Translations under genes and position numbers: made by a program
Part shown: piece after piece, positions 27,871 to 37,357 of the stretch
Layout of the letters: every line of letters starts with the position of its first letter
How positions within the stretch are numbered: the first letter of the stretch is position 1
The notes under the pieces: model-generated
The model's database searches: none
Told to the model about the DNA's origin: nothing
Seen by the model: the letters and a program-made list of their open reading frames with translations, nothing else
Assembly: GCA_020440645.1 (NCBI GenBank)
Contig: JAGRNR010000007.1
Span: 7,366 to 71,365 of the forward strand
From: a bacterium
GTDB taxonomy: Bacteria; 4484-113; JAFGCY01
Reading direction: 5' to 3'
Length of the DNA: 64,000 bases

Positions 27871-29100
27871 ATGCTCATCTGGGAAATCATCACGGTTGCA
27901 TTGCGTGGCATGTGGGCCAACCGCTTCCGCACGTTCCTGACGATGTTCGGCATCATCGTCGGTGTTGCCAGCGTGATCACGCTGGTGGCGGTCACCCAGG
28001 GACTGAACCAGAAGATCATTGACGACTTCGACAAGCTCGGTGCCACGCGCATGGGTGTGTACATCAACCACTGGCGTTCCAAGGTGAAGATCCCCCCGAA
28101 TGAGCAGCTGACCCTGGAGGACCGCGACAGCATTCGCCGTGAATGCGGAGCCGTTAAGCATGTCAGCGCCGTGATCGACTTCCAGGCACCGGTGCGCCAG
28201 GGCAGCAAGGAACTGACTGAAGTCAACTGCATGGGTGTCGACCCGGAGATCTTCGACATCTACAAGATCAACTTCACCGAGGGCGAGCGCTTCCCTGATG
28301 AAAGCAGCCTGCTGCGCGAGCGCGTCTGCGTGCTTGGCGCAACGACGAAGGAGAACCTGTTCTTCCTGGACCAGGCACTCGGCCGCATCATTCGCGTCGG
28401 TGGACGCAACTTCCGCGTGATCGGCGTGCTGGAAAGCACCGGCGAGGAGGACATCGACGGCCTGGTGCTGCTGCCATTCTTTACTGTGCATGAGTGGATC
28501 CCGCGCCAGAACCAGTTCCTCGGCATCCAGATGGCGGCCCAGACCCTGAGGCACGTTCCGCTGGCTGTGACCCAGGTCGAGGAAACGATCTACAAGAACC
28601 ATCCGCGCATCCCAGTGGTGGCTGACGCTGAGGAATTCGAAAAGCCGGTCCGGGTCTGGAACCTTAATGAATGGCGCGAGCGGGCCAAGGCTGAGTCCAA
28701 GCAGATCACCGTACTGCTGCTCGTGATGGGCAGCCTGTCACTGTTCATCGGTGGCATCGGATTGATGAACATCATGCTGTTCAGTGTGAAGGAGCGCACG
28801 CGCGAGATCGGACTGCGCAAGGCGCTCGGTGCCAACAGCCAGTCGATCCTGGCCCAGTTCATTGCTGAATCGATGATGATCTGCATCGGGGGAGGCCTGA
28901 TCGGAACAGGACTGAGCTTCATCCTGTGCCGCGTGATAGCCAGGCTGCCCGAGGAAGCACGATTCCCGCCTCCATTGATCACACAGGATGCGATCATCAT
29001 CGCCGTCGCCGTCACCTTCATGACCGGCGTATTCTTTGGTGTCTGGCCCGCCAGCCAGGCGGCACGCCTCAACCCGATCGAAGCCCTGCGCTACGAATAA
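27871..29100 (+). CDS. MacB/FtsX-type ABC transporter permease 2
   Basis: Same architecture as permease 1; LMNIMLFSVKERTREIGLRKALGA. Confidence 0.85.
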   Translation: MLIWEIITVALRGMWANRFRTFLTMFGIIVGVASVITLVAVTQGLNQKIIDDFDKLGATRMGVYINHWRSKVKIPPNEQLTLEDRDSIRRECGAVKHVSAVIDFQAPVRQGSKELTEVNCMGVDPEIFDIYKINFTEGERFPDESSLLRERVCVLGATTKENLFFLDQALGRIIRVGGRNFRVIGVLESTGEEDIDGLVLLPFFTVHEWIPRQNQFLGIQMAAQTLRHVPLAVTQVEETIYKNHPRIPVVADAEEFEKPVRVWNLNEWRERAKAESKQITVLLLVMGSLSLFIGGIGLMNIMLFSVKERTREIGLRKALGANSQSILAQFIAESMMICIGGGLIGTGLSFILCRVIARLPEEARFPPPLITQDAIIIAVAVTFMTGVFFGVWPASQAARLNPIEALRYE

Positions 29101-29190
29101 TCACCACAAACGAATACTTTTGCCTGCCAGTCTGCGTCCTAAGCCCCAGCCGCCGGGAAGCGGCGGGAAACCAACTCAGGACTTCAGGCC

Positions 29191-30417
29191 TTGCTCTACT
29201 GGCAGACTCTGGTGCTGGCATTCCGTGGATTGTCCAGCAACCGCTTCAGGACATTCCTGACAACGCTTGGGATCATCATCGGCGTGATGAGCGTGATCAC
29301 CATGCTGTCCATCAGCATGGGGGTGCGCGCGGACATCATCAGCCGCTTCAGTGATTTCGGCGTGACGGACATGGGCTTCTACATCAATCATGACAACAGT
29401 GCCACGCGCATTCCGCGCAGTGAGAAGCTGACACTCGCTGATGGCGAAGCGATCAAGGATCAGTGCTCTGCAGTGGACGCAATCAGTCCCTTCATCGATG
29501 GTGAGGTCAGGGTCAAATTCGGCGAGATGGATGCCGGCCAGATGACGATCTACGGAGTCGACGAGGGCTGGTTCAACATCCCGGTGAATGAGATCGAGAC
29601 CGGAGAGCCGATCAGCCGCGAGCACAACCTGCTGCGGGAGCCGGTCTGCGTGCTGGCAGTTGGCATGGTCGAGAAGCTGTTCTACAACGCTCCGCCGCTC
29701 GGGCAGATGATCCGCCTCAATGGCCGGCGCTTCCGGGTCGTCGGCATCCTCGAGCACCGCAATGCCTGGGGCCAGAATGAGTTCATCGTCGTGCCGTACT
29801 TCACCGGTGCGGAGCGGCTGGGCATGGACGGAACGCTGACCTACGATGCCTCGGCCCACAGCATGGACCACGTGAACCTCGCCGTCAGCCAGATCCGTGA
29901 GCTGGTGCACAGCCGCCATCCACGCCTGCCCGTTGACCCCGAGGCTGTGGACCGCGAGCAGCCGATCAGGATCTGGACAAGGCTGGAGTGGAAGAAGGAG
30001 GCCGAGCAGGAGATCAAGGAAATTGGCAACCTGCTGGTAACCATGGGATCGCTCGCCCTGTTCATCGGCGGCATCGGCGTGATGAACATCATGATCTTCA
30101 ATGTGCGTGAACGAACGCCCGAGATCGGCCTGCGCAAGGCGCTTGGCGCCACCAGCCGGCAGATCATGGGGCAGTTTCTCGCAGAGGCAATGGCCATGAC
30201 CATGTTTGGCGGGGCGGTGGGCAGCATGCTGGCCTTCCTGATCTGTACTGCGCTGTCAAAGCTGCCAGGTGACATCAACTTCCCTGAACCACAGGTGACG
30301 CCCCTGATCGTGTTCCTGGCCGTATCCATGAGTGTGGGGACGGGCCTGTTCTTCGGGGTCTGGCCCGCCAGCCAGGCCGCAGCCCTGCAACCGATGGAAG
30401 CATTGCGCCACGAGTGA
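29191..30417 (+). CDS. MacB/FtsX-type ABC transporter permease 3
   Basis: TTG start. Same architecture as permease 1; VMNIMIFNVRERTPEIGLRKALGA. Confidence 0.85.
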   Translation: MLYWQTLVLAFRGLSSNRFRTFLTTLGIIIGVMSVITMLSISMGVRADIISRFSDFGVTDMGFYINHDNSATRIPRSEKLTLADGEAIKDQCSAVDAISPFIDGEVRVKFGEMDAGQMTIYGVDEGWFNIPVNEIETGEPISREHNLLREPVCVLAVGMVEKLFYNAPPLGQMIRLNGRRFRVVGILEHRNAWGQNEFIVVPYFTGAERLGMDGTLTYDASAHSMDHVNLAVSQIRELVHSRHPRLPVDPEAVDREQPIRIWTRLEWKKEAEQEIKEIGNLLVTMGSLALFIGGIGVMNIMIFNVRERTPEIGLRKALGATSRQIMGQFLAEAMAMTMFGGAVGSMLAFLICTALSKLPGDINFPEPQVTPLIVFLAVSMSVGTGLFFGVWPASQAAALQPMEALRHE

Positions 30418-30541
30418 TAACCGCCGGCTGACTGTATCCGTCATGTAGATTGCGGGGGTATTGAGAATACTCCGGCAAAACCAAGCAACTTTTTGTAGAC
30501 TCTAGCAGTCGAATTAGTATCCTTGACTAGGGCGGTTAGGT

Positions 30542-33500
30542 ATGCAGGAACAGATGGCTGAAAGGCAGAATTTCACCGTAGATCGCTTCACGCTCAATAA
30601 CCACAAGGCGCATTCGGTGCTGTGGGACACCTATATCGGCTTCAATAAGGAAAGCCACGAAGCGGTGTTCTGCCTCCTCTTCAACGAGGAGATGCTTGAA
30701 CCGGAGCAGCTTGAGGAGCTCAAGCGCGTCAACATCATCCTCGCCCAGAAGAACCATGAGGATGTGCTTCCGCCCCTGGCCTGGGGCCGCTTCGAGGAAC
30801 GCGCCTACTTGGTGCTGCCGGATTTCGGCAAGCCGCTTTCGAGCTATTCCAACCTGTCAGCGCTCAAGTCCCCAGAACTGCTGAGCATCATGCGCAGCCT
30901 GCTGCGGGCGCTGGTGTTTGCGGACGCAAACGACGTGCATTTCCATGGCATGATGCACCCGGACAATATCCGTATCTCGCTTGAGGAAAGCGATGTCCGG
31001 CTGGGCTTCTTCGGCTATCCGCTGAAGTCCATGGCCGGAGATGTGGCGAAGACCGATGAAGGCAGCCACCTGCTGGCCTACTTCCCGCCATATGAGCTGA
31101 TGGACCGCGGGCTGGAGGACTCCCAGATTGACCTGTATGCACTTGGCCTGATCATCCTTGAGCTGGCTACTGCCCGGCGCAGCTGGGACGTGCTGCCCGC
31201 CGGAGACCGCAATGATCCCGATGAGCTGCGCAAAAGGCTTGGTGAGCAGGAACACCTTCCCCTGCCCATCCAGGAGCTGCTGTACCGCCTGCTCAGCCCG
31301 ACGCTGGAGGATCGCTACGACAGCTTCCAGAAGGCGCTGGATGACGTACTGCAGCTCGGAGGCGAGCAGGACAGCGGCGTGGCCTTCCGCACCTTCGTGC
31401 TGGACACCCTGATCAACGGCCGCTTTAAGCTCAAGGAAGAGATTGCCAAGGGCCGCATTTCCTCGATCTACCGCGCGATCGATACCCGCAAGGACGAAAT
31501 GGGCCTCGAGGAGGAGAAGCGCTCACTGTTGGATGACCGCAAGAGTGCGGTCGACCAGGAGCACTGCGTCGTCAAGCTGATTGACCTGCGCAAGCACAAG
31601 GAATACACCGAGGTGTTCCACACCCGCTTCCGCACCCTGACCAACATCCAGCACGAGAACCTGCTGAATGTGTTCGATGTCGGCGTGCACTTCGAGAATG
31701 GCTACATCGCGATGGAAGCCGGCCTGCTCAGCCTGGAGCAACTGCTGATCAAACGCGGCACGCTGCCGATCAGTGACGCGGGACGCATCGTGTTCCAGCT
31801 ATGCAAGTCGCTGGAAGCGCTGGAGTACAGCAAGATCCACTATCACGGCGGGATCAAGCCGAGCAACGTGTTCCTGACATCGGACCTGCGTACGGTGAAG
31901 CTTGGCGACACCCTCGTCGCCGACTTCCTGATGCGCCATGGCAACCTGAACTTCAACGGTGCCGAGTACCTCACGCCTGAGTTCATCCGTGATGTCGACT
32001 GTGACGTGCGCACTGACATCTACCAGATGGGCGTGCTGTTCTTCGAGATGCTGGTCGGCCACGCGCCCTTCAGCTTCAAGATCGAGGACGAGATCCGCCA
32101 CGACCACCTGAGTGTGCCAGCCGCCACCCGCGTCGAACCTGCCCTGATCAGCAGCGAAGTGAAGGACATCCTGCTCAGGATGCTGGAGAAGCAGCCACTG
32201 GCGCGCTACCAGACCGTCGCCGAGCTGCGTGACGACCTGAGCCGCCTGCTGGGCTATGACAAGAAGGAGCAGGTGGAGATCCCCAACCTGTTCTTTGACT
32301 TCGCCGAACTGTCGATGATCGGCAAGAACGCCCGTGAGAAGAGCGAGGAGACGCTCGCCATCCGCCTGCCGGCTGTCAATAACCGCGCACGTGGTGCGGT
32401 TGCACTGCTGGTGGGCGAAGGACCGGAACTGGGTGATGCCGCCAAGAGCGCGACCAAGGCCCTCGGATACCTGCGCGAGTTGATGTTCCATCCCGGCGGG
32501 GTGAGCCGTGACTTCGCCCTGCTGCAGAAGAACAGCCCCGAGGAATTCATCACTGGCGTGATGGAGAACCTCAACCAGAAGGTCTACCGTGACGCATTTG
32601 GCCAGTCCAAGACCCGCAAGATGGGCATCAGCGCTGCAGTGGCAGTGGTGCAGGAGAACACGCTCTACCTGCAGCATTGCGGCGAAGCGCAGGTGATGAT
32701 CCTAAGCAAGGGTGAGCTGGTTGACATCAACGAGGACAAATGGACGATCCCGGATGAGCAGGTGATCGGCGATGAAAGCAAGGCTCTGTCCGATGAGGTG
32801 TTCGAGCGCATCGGCTTCGGTGAGCGCGCAAGGCTGCAGATGCTCAAGCGGCGCCTGCAGGATGGCGACCAGTTGATCCTGCTCAGCCCGAGCCTGCGCA
32901 AGTCACTGTCCATCAGCGAGATCAAGGAGCTGGCAACCAGTTCCAGCGATCCGGCCCAGACCGTGGACCTGATCCGTGGCGATGCCATCCGGCGCCGCCT
33001 GGAGGGCACGATCAGTGTCGTGCTGCTCAGCATCGGCAATGTCAACGTGTTCGCCGATGAGAGCATCAGCCACTCAAAGAAAGGCCAGCTGGCGCGCAAC
33101 TTCCTCGCGCAGGGTGACACATACCTGAACGACGGTAAGCTGGATGAGGCCATTGAGCAGTTCCAGCAGGCCCTCGAAATCAACCCGAACTTCGCCATCA
33201 TCCACCACCAGCTCGGCGTGGCCTATGTGCGCAAGGGCCTGGCCAGTTACGCCCTGAGTTGCTTCGAGCGCGCCATCGAGCTGAACAGCAAGCTGGCCAG
33301 CAGCTACCTCGAGAAGGCGCGGATCTATGAACAGCAGCGCAAGCACAAGGAGATCCTGCCGCTGCTGCGCCGTGCGGTGGATGCCGGTGCACGCGATGCT
33401 GAGCTGTACGCCCGGCTCGGGCATGAACTGCTGCGGGCCCGCAACTATGAGCAGGCGGCCGCCTATTGCAGCATGGCCCTCGAGCTGGACGCCGGACATT

Positions 33501-33652
33501 CAGGTGCCTATCGCGACCGCGTGATCGCCATCAAGCGCAGCCGCAGCATCGATACCCGCATGCTGAAGATGATCGGCGGCCGTGCCAGGCTGGCTGATGA
33601 CAACAAGACCCGCATCGAGCAGGCAGCCCCCGAATGGCCCGATAAGGACTGA
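30542..33652 (+). CDS. Multidomain signalling-like protein: two degenerate Ser/Thr-kinase-like domains, a degenerate PP2C-like domain and C-terminal TPR repeats
   Basis: Kinase-like 1 has HGMMHPDN (30944-30967). Kinase-like 2 has VVKLI, HGGIKPSN (31844-31867), KLGDTL and YLTPEF. PP2C-like block ISAAVAVVQENTLYLQHCGEAQVMIL...DGDQLILLS...TISVVLLSI. TPRs from about aa 860 (LDEAIEQFQQALEINPNFAIIHHQLGVAYVRKG...). Confidence 0.8.
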   Translation: MQEQMAERQNFTVDRFTLNNHKAHSVLWDTYIGFNKESHEAVFCLLFNEEMLEPEQLEELKRVNIILAQKNHEDVLPPLAWGRFEERAYLVLPDFGKPLSSYSNLSALKSPELLSIMRSLLRALVFADANDVHFHGMMHPDNIRISLEESDVRLGFFGYPLKSMAGDVAKTDEGSHLLAYFPPYELMDRGLEDSQIDLYALGLIILELATARRSWDVLPAGDRNDPDELRKRLGEQEHLPLPIQELLYRLLSPTLEDRYDSFQKALDDVLQLGGEQDSGVAFRTFVLDTLINGRFKLKEEIAKGRISSIYRAIDTRKDEMGLEEEKRSLLDDRKSAVDQEHCVVKLIDLRKHKEYTEVFHTRFRTLTNIQHENLLNVFDVGVHFENGYIAMEAGLLSLEQLLIKRGTLPISDAGRIVFQLCKSLEALEYSKIHYHGGIKPSNVFLTSDLRTVKLGDTLVADFLMRHGNLNFNGAEYLTPEFIRDVDCDVRTDIYQMGVLFFEMLVGHAPFSFKIEDEIRHDHLSVPAATRVEPALISSEVKDILLRMLEKQPLARYQTVAELRDDLSRLLGYDKKEQVEIPNLFFDFAELSMIGKNAREKSEETLAIRLPAVNNRARGAVALLVGEGPELGDAAKSATKALGYLRELMFHPGGVSRDFALLQKNSPEEFITGVMENLNQKVYRDAFGQSKTRKMGISAAVAVVQENTLYLQHCGEAQVMILSKGELVDINEDKWTIPDEQVIGDESKALSDEVFERIGFGERARLQMLKRRLQDGDQLILLSPSLRKSLSISEIKELATSSSDPAQTVDLIRGDAIRRRLEGTISVVLLSIGNVNVFADESISHSKKGQLARNFLAQGDTYLNDGKLDEAIEQFQQALEINPNFAIIHHQLGVAYVRKGLASYALSCFERAIELNSKLASSYLEKARIYEQQRKHKEILPLLRRAVDAGARDAELYARLGHELLRARNYEQAAAYCSMALELDAGHSGAYRDRVIAIKRSRSIDTRMLKMIGGRARLADDNKTRIEQAAPEWPDKD

Positions 33653-33673
33653 TCAGCGCTCTATAATTGACGG

Positions 33674-34513
33674 ATGAGCGAGAAAGGGAGCCAGGCCGGG
33701 AAGGGCAGCGGACTGCTGCTGCAACTGCTTGTCACTGCAGTTGGTGCCTGGGCTGCCTACAGCTACCTCGGCCAGGACCGCTCGCCGGCGCCCTGTGGCA
33801 CGCCCCTGCCGGACATTCCGCAGGTCGTGACGGACATCGGTGATGACACGGAAGGGATGTCCATCCGTCAGGGCCTGATCCCGACGAACTACCTTGACTT
33901 CATGGCCCCCCAGCCGGACGGCACGATGCCACTGCGCTATCCGCTGGATGTATACCGCTGCGACTTTGACCTGAAGTTGCCGATGGGTACCACCAGCCTG
34001 CCGATGGGGGACAGCTTCTATGAGGATGCCGTCGACTCCCAGGTGGTATTCCAGTACGAGCAGCAGCTGGATTACATGAAGATCAGCCTGCCGATGCGGC
34101 AGGAAGGTGAGAGTGTCACGGAATTCGTGGCCAGAGCCCGAAGCGATTATGAAGGGATCGGCGCGACCTTCAAGGGAGGGACCGATCCGCTTAAATTCGA
34201 CGGGATGATCTTCCAGCACTTCGAGTTTGAGCGTGAAACCCAGTATGAGAAGGATGGTCCGTCGCGCAACATTTCGCACTATGTCTACTTCGGGCCGGCT
34301 GGCAACCGTGTGCTGGTGATCGACTTCCTCACCACGCCGGACCGGCATGCTGAAGCAAAGCCGCTGGTTGAGAAGATCATGCGCTCGATCAGTCCCGGCA
34401 ACCGCTTCCTTGAGCAAATGGCAATTGAGTATCCCGAGCTGGCTGAAGGCGGTTCAGCAGAGGATGAAACTGGCTCAGTTGACTCTCAAGCTCTGGCTTC
34501 TGATCATCAATAG
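33674..34513 (+). CDS. Membrane-anchored hypothetical protein
   Basis: 279 aa with N-terminal helix GLLLQLLVTAVGAWAAYSYL. TATAAT (33662-33667) lies 6 nt before the ATG. The antisense ORF 33653..34417 has a typical shadow-ORF composition. Confidence 0.7.
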   Translation: MSEKGSQAGKGSGLLLQLLVTAVGAWAAYSYLGQDRSPAPCGTPLPDIPQVVTDIGDDTEGMSIRQGLIPTNYLDFMAPQPDGTMPLRYPLDVYRCDFDLKLPMGTTSLPMGDSFYEDAVDSQVVFQYEQQLDYMKISLPMRQEGESVTEFVARARSDYEGIGATFKGGTDPLKFDGMIFQHFEFERETQYEKDGPSRNISHYVYFGPAGNRVLVIDFLTTPDRHAEAKPLVEKIMRSISPGNRFLEQMAIEYPELAEGGSAEDETGSVDSQALASDHQ

Positions 34514-34567
34514 TCAACTTCAATATACTCAGATAAATCCATTATTTTATTTTTTAACTTCGAGTGC

Positions 34568-34573
34568 TAGAAT
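34568..34573 (+). promoter_or_regulatory. Candidate extended -10 promoter (TGcTAGAAT) for SLH porin 1, preceded by an A/T-rich tract
   Basis: gagTGcTAGAAT, with aaatccattattttattttttaac upstream. Implies a roughly 115-nt GC-rich leader before ATG 34698. Confidence 0.4.
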
Positions 34574-34697
34574 TCCTGCCGTGGGTTACCGGGCCTGGGA
34601 GCCGGGTTTCGGGAATGGCTGGGAGTGGATGAGATGCAGGGATGCTGCTGCATCGCCGGCCCTTCCGATCCGCAAATCCGTATTACGGGAAAGAGGA

Positions 34698-36323
34698 ATG
34701 AGGGTATTTCTGGCAACGCTGCTGGCAGCAGCGGTTCTTTGTGCAGGCAGCGCCTGGGCGGGCGATGCCTACGATGATGTCTCCACGGAGCACTGGGCAT
34801 ACAACGCGCTCGACTACCTGACCAGCCGCGGCGTGATTGAGGGTTATCCCGATGGCTTCTTCAAGGGAGACCGCACGCTGACCCGTTACGAGTTCGCGCA
34901 GGCCATCGCCCGCCTGCTGGATACGGTCGGGGAGGGCAGCCCGGAGAACATCCAGGTGATGGCTGAGTCCCTGCGCACCGAGTTCAGCGACCAGTTGGCA
35001 TTGATCAATGCGCGTACCGATGAACTTGGCAACAGCATCAATACGATGCAGGCCCAGGTCTCGGACCTCGAGGGTGCCGTTGCTGACAACACCAACCGCA
35101 TCGGCTCGCTGGAGGACAAGATCGCCGGACTGAAGCCCGGCCCCGCCTGGCGCGGTGAGTTCCGCTACCGCTGGCAGGCAGACGACCGTGCAGACAGCCA
35201 GCGCTTCCGCCAGCGCATCATGTTCAAGCTGGGCTACAACCAGAAGATCAATGAATGCGTCGAAGTCGGCTTCCGCCTGTCAACCAACAACGGCACGAAC
35301 ATCTTCACGCTGCCCTATGACCTCGGCAGCAAGGATGGCAAGTCCCCGGACATCTACCTTGACCGTGCCTACGTGAAGTACAGCCCCGGCTGGTTCGGCT
35401 ACTACAACGAGCAGACCACAACCTGCAAGGACAAGTGCGGCTGCTGCGAGGAGTGCACCACGACCAACGCCTGCAAGGCCAAGCTGGACATCTACGCCGG
35501 TATCTTCCCGCACCTGTCATACATCCCGACCGAGGGTTACATGACTGACAACTTCTACCTCGAGGGACTCGGACTGGCATACCACTTCAACGACGATTTC
35601 CAGATCACAAGCGTAGCCAGCGTGCTGGTTGAGCAGAATGGCGAGCAGTTCTTCGGGGATGACACCTACTACTTTGCCACGGAGCTGAAGCACGACGACT
35701 TCCTCGTCGAGGGCCTGAATGCCTGGGTCGGCATGTACTCCTATGACAACGTCGGCCAGCTGCCGGAGTACTGGTTCTGGGGCAATGGCCTGCTGGAGAA
35801 CGGCGGCCTATGGGACTTCAACGGCGATGGCGTGCGCACCAGCGATGACCGATTCTCCAGCAAGTACTGCATGGGCAAGGTCGGCCTGGAATACACATGG
35901 GAGTGTGTCTGGGACCGTCCGCTGAACATCTTTGGTGAATACCTGTGGGCGATTGACAGCGACGCCGCTGACAACATCGCACTTGTCAACCAGCAACTGG
36001 CCAGCCCGATCATCACTGAGCCGAGCGACGACTACGGCCTGCTGATCGGCGCGATGTGGGGCACCTGGCGCAAGGAGTGCGGCGACTGGAGCCTGTACGG
36101 CCACTACCGCCAGATGGGTGCCAACCTGATGCGCGAAGGTGCACAGTTCCCGCTGCTCAACCGCAACACGCTCAACGTGCGCTGGGACTACATGTGGGCC
36201 CCGAACTGCCTCGTCGGCGTGAACTACATCATGGACAAGATGCACAATGCCTTCGGATACGGTGTGCCGGACTTCAAGGCCGACCATGACTACTACGTTG
36301 TGGAGTGGAGCTTCCTGTTCTGA
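34698..36323 (+). CDS. OmpM-like outer-membrane porin (SLH domain, coiled coil, beta-barrel), paralogue 1
   Basis: ORF from 34347. ATG 34698 is preferred (AAGAGGA SD; signal peptide MRVFLATLLAAAVLCAGSAWA). SLH motif DHWAYNALDYLTSRGVIEGYPDGFFKGDRTLTRYEFAQAIARLL. Heptad region ...QVSDLEGAVADNTNRIGSLEDKIAGL. Barrel part ends ...YYVVEWSFLF (terminal Phe). Confidence 0.8.
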   Translation: MRVFLATLLAAAVLCAGSAWAGDAYDDVSTEHWAYNALDYLTSRGVIEGYPDGFFKGDRTLTRYEFAQAIARLLDTVGEGSPENIQVMAESLRTEFSDQLALINARTDELGNSINTMQAQVSDLEGAVADNTNRIGSLEDKIAGLKPGPAWRGEFRYRWQADDRADSQRFRQRIMFKLGYNQKINECVEVGFRLSTNNGTNIFTLPYDLGSKDGKSPDIYLDRAYVKYSPGWFGYYNEQTTTCKDKCGCCEECTTTNACKAKLDIYAGIFPHLSYIPTEGYMTDNFYLEGLGLAYHFNDDFQITSVASVLVEQNGEQFFGDDTYYFATELKHDDFLVEGLNAWVGMYSYDNVGQLPEYWFWGNGLLENGGLWDFNGDGVRTSDDRFSSKYCMGKVGLEYTWECVWDRPLNIFGEYLWAIDSDAADNIALVNQQLASPIITEPSDDYGLLIGAMWGTWRKECGDWSLYGHYRQMGANLMREGAQFPLLNRNTLNVRWDYMWAPNCLVGVNYIMDKMHNAFGYGVPDFKADHDYYVVEWSFLF

Positions 36324-36353
36324 TCAGGCAGCACAACTTGTTTGAACGAAATG

Positions 36354-36384
36354 AGCCCGGTCACAATGGCCGGGCTTTTTCTTT
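36354..36384 (+). terminator. Rho-independent terminator after SLH porin 1
   Basis: AGCCCGG-loop-CCGGGCT hairpin followed by TTTTTCTTT. Confidence 0.75.
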
Positions 36385-36487
36385 CCATTGTCATTTCATT
36401 CCGAACTATCCACCACCATATGCGTCCGGAATGCTGATACAGGGTTTCGGTCGCAATTGCTGCTGCGCCCCGGAAGGAGAATGGATT

Positions 36488-37273
36488 ATGAAGACCTCGA
36501 TTCAACTCAGCGGTGTGGCAATTGCCGCAGCCATGCTGATTGCCAGTGCAGGCAATGCAGTGTCAGCTGAGACAACGTATGCAAGTGATTATCCCGGCCT
36601 GAAGACTCGTGGTGGGGCGATAGACATTGCTGAATCCCAGGTTCGGGCCGCGCTCGAGGGTTTCCAGCTGGCATTCGGCCGCAATCCTGCATCCTGGTCA
36701 GAGGTGACGAAGAAGGGCATTTTTGACAATGTACTGCTGGGTTACGGAATGGAGAGAATCAATCCGGATGATGCCAGCATAGACTTCACAGGTGACATCT
36801 ACATAGAAAGCACCGCGGCGGAAGGAGATATCACTGACCTGCGCCTGTACAACTCCTGGAACGGATCAACCGAAGACGTTGACGGTCCGCTTGTCACGAA
36901 CAAGGGCAGCTATGCTGACCGGTTCGCGGAAATGATGAAGGAGCAGGACCTGAATGCTGGCCAGCAGGAGATAATCCGTGAATGGCTGGGAAACGAAGCT
37001 CAACTGGTCCAGTTCGCACAGATCCGCCAGCTTGGCTATGCAGCGATTGCATTCCAGGATGTCAATGGACACTATCCGGATAGCATCCAGCAACTCGTGG
37101 AATCGGGTTTCGGACCCCTGTCCAGTACGACCATCAATCCCATGACCGGCAAGGCATACTCATTTGATGGCAGCAGGGGTGAAATCAAATACAGCCTGAT
37201 GGATGGCGGCAAGGGATTCAGGATCACCCATGTGGACCTGACCCATGATGTGGACTTCGAGTTCAGCTACTGA
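36488..37273 (+). CDS. Secreted hypothetical protein
   Basis: ORF from 36305. ATG 36488 is preferred (GGAAGGAGA SD; signal peptide MKTSIQLSGVAIAAAMLIASAGNAVSA). No recognisable motif. Confidence 0.6.
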   Translation: MKTSIQLSGVAIAAAMLIASAGNAVSAETTYASDYPGLKTRGGAIDIAESQVRAALEGFQLAFGRNPASWSEVTKKGIFDNVLLGYGMERINPDDASIDFTGDIYIESTAAEGDITDLRLYNSWNGSTEDVDGPLVTNKGSYADRFAEMMKEQDLNAGQQEIIREWLGNEAQLVQFAQIRQLGYAAIAFQDVNGHYPDSIQQLVESGFGPLSSTTINPMTGKAYSFDGSRGEIKYSLMDGGKGFRITHVDLTHDVDFEFSY

Positions 37274-37357
37274 TCGAGGGCGGTTGAGGCCAGCAGGGAA
37301 GCGAAGAATCCCGATTGGACTGTTTATGGAAATGCCGCATGATTCGATGGTATATAT

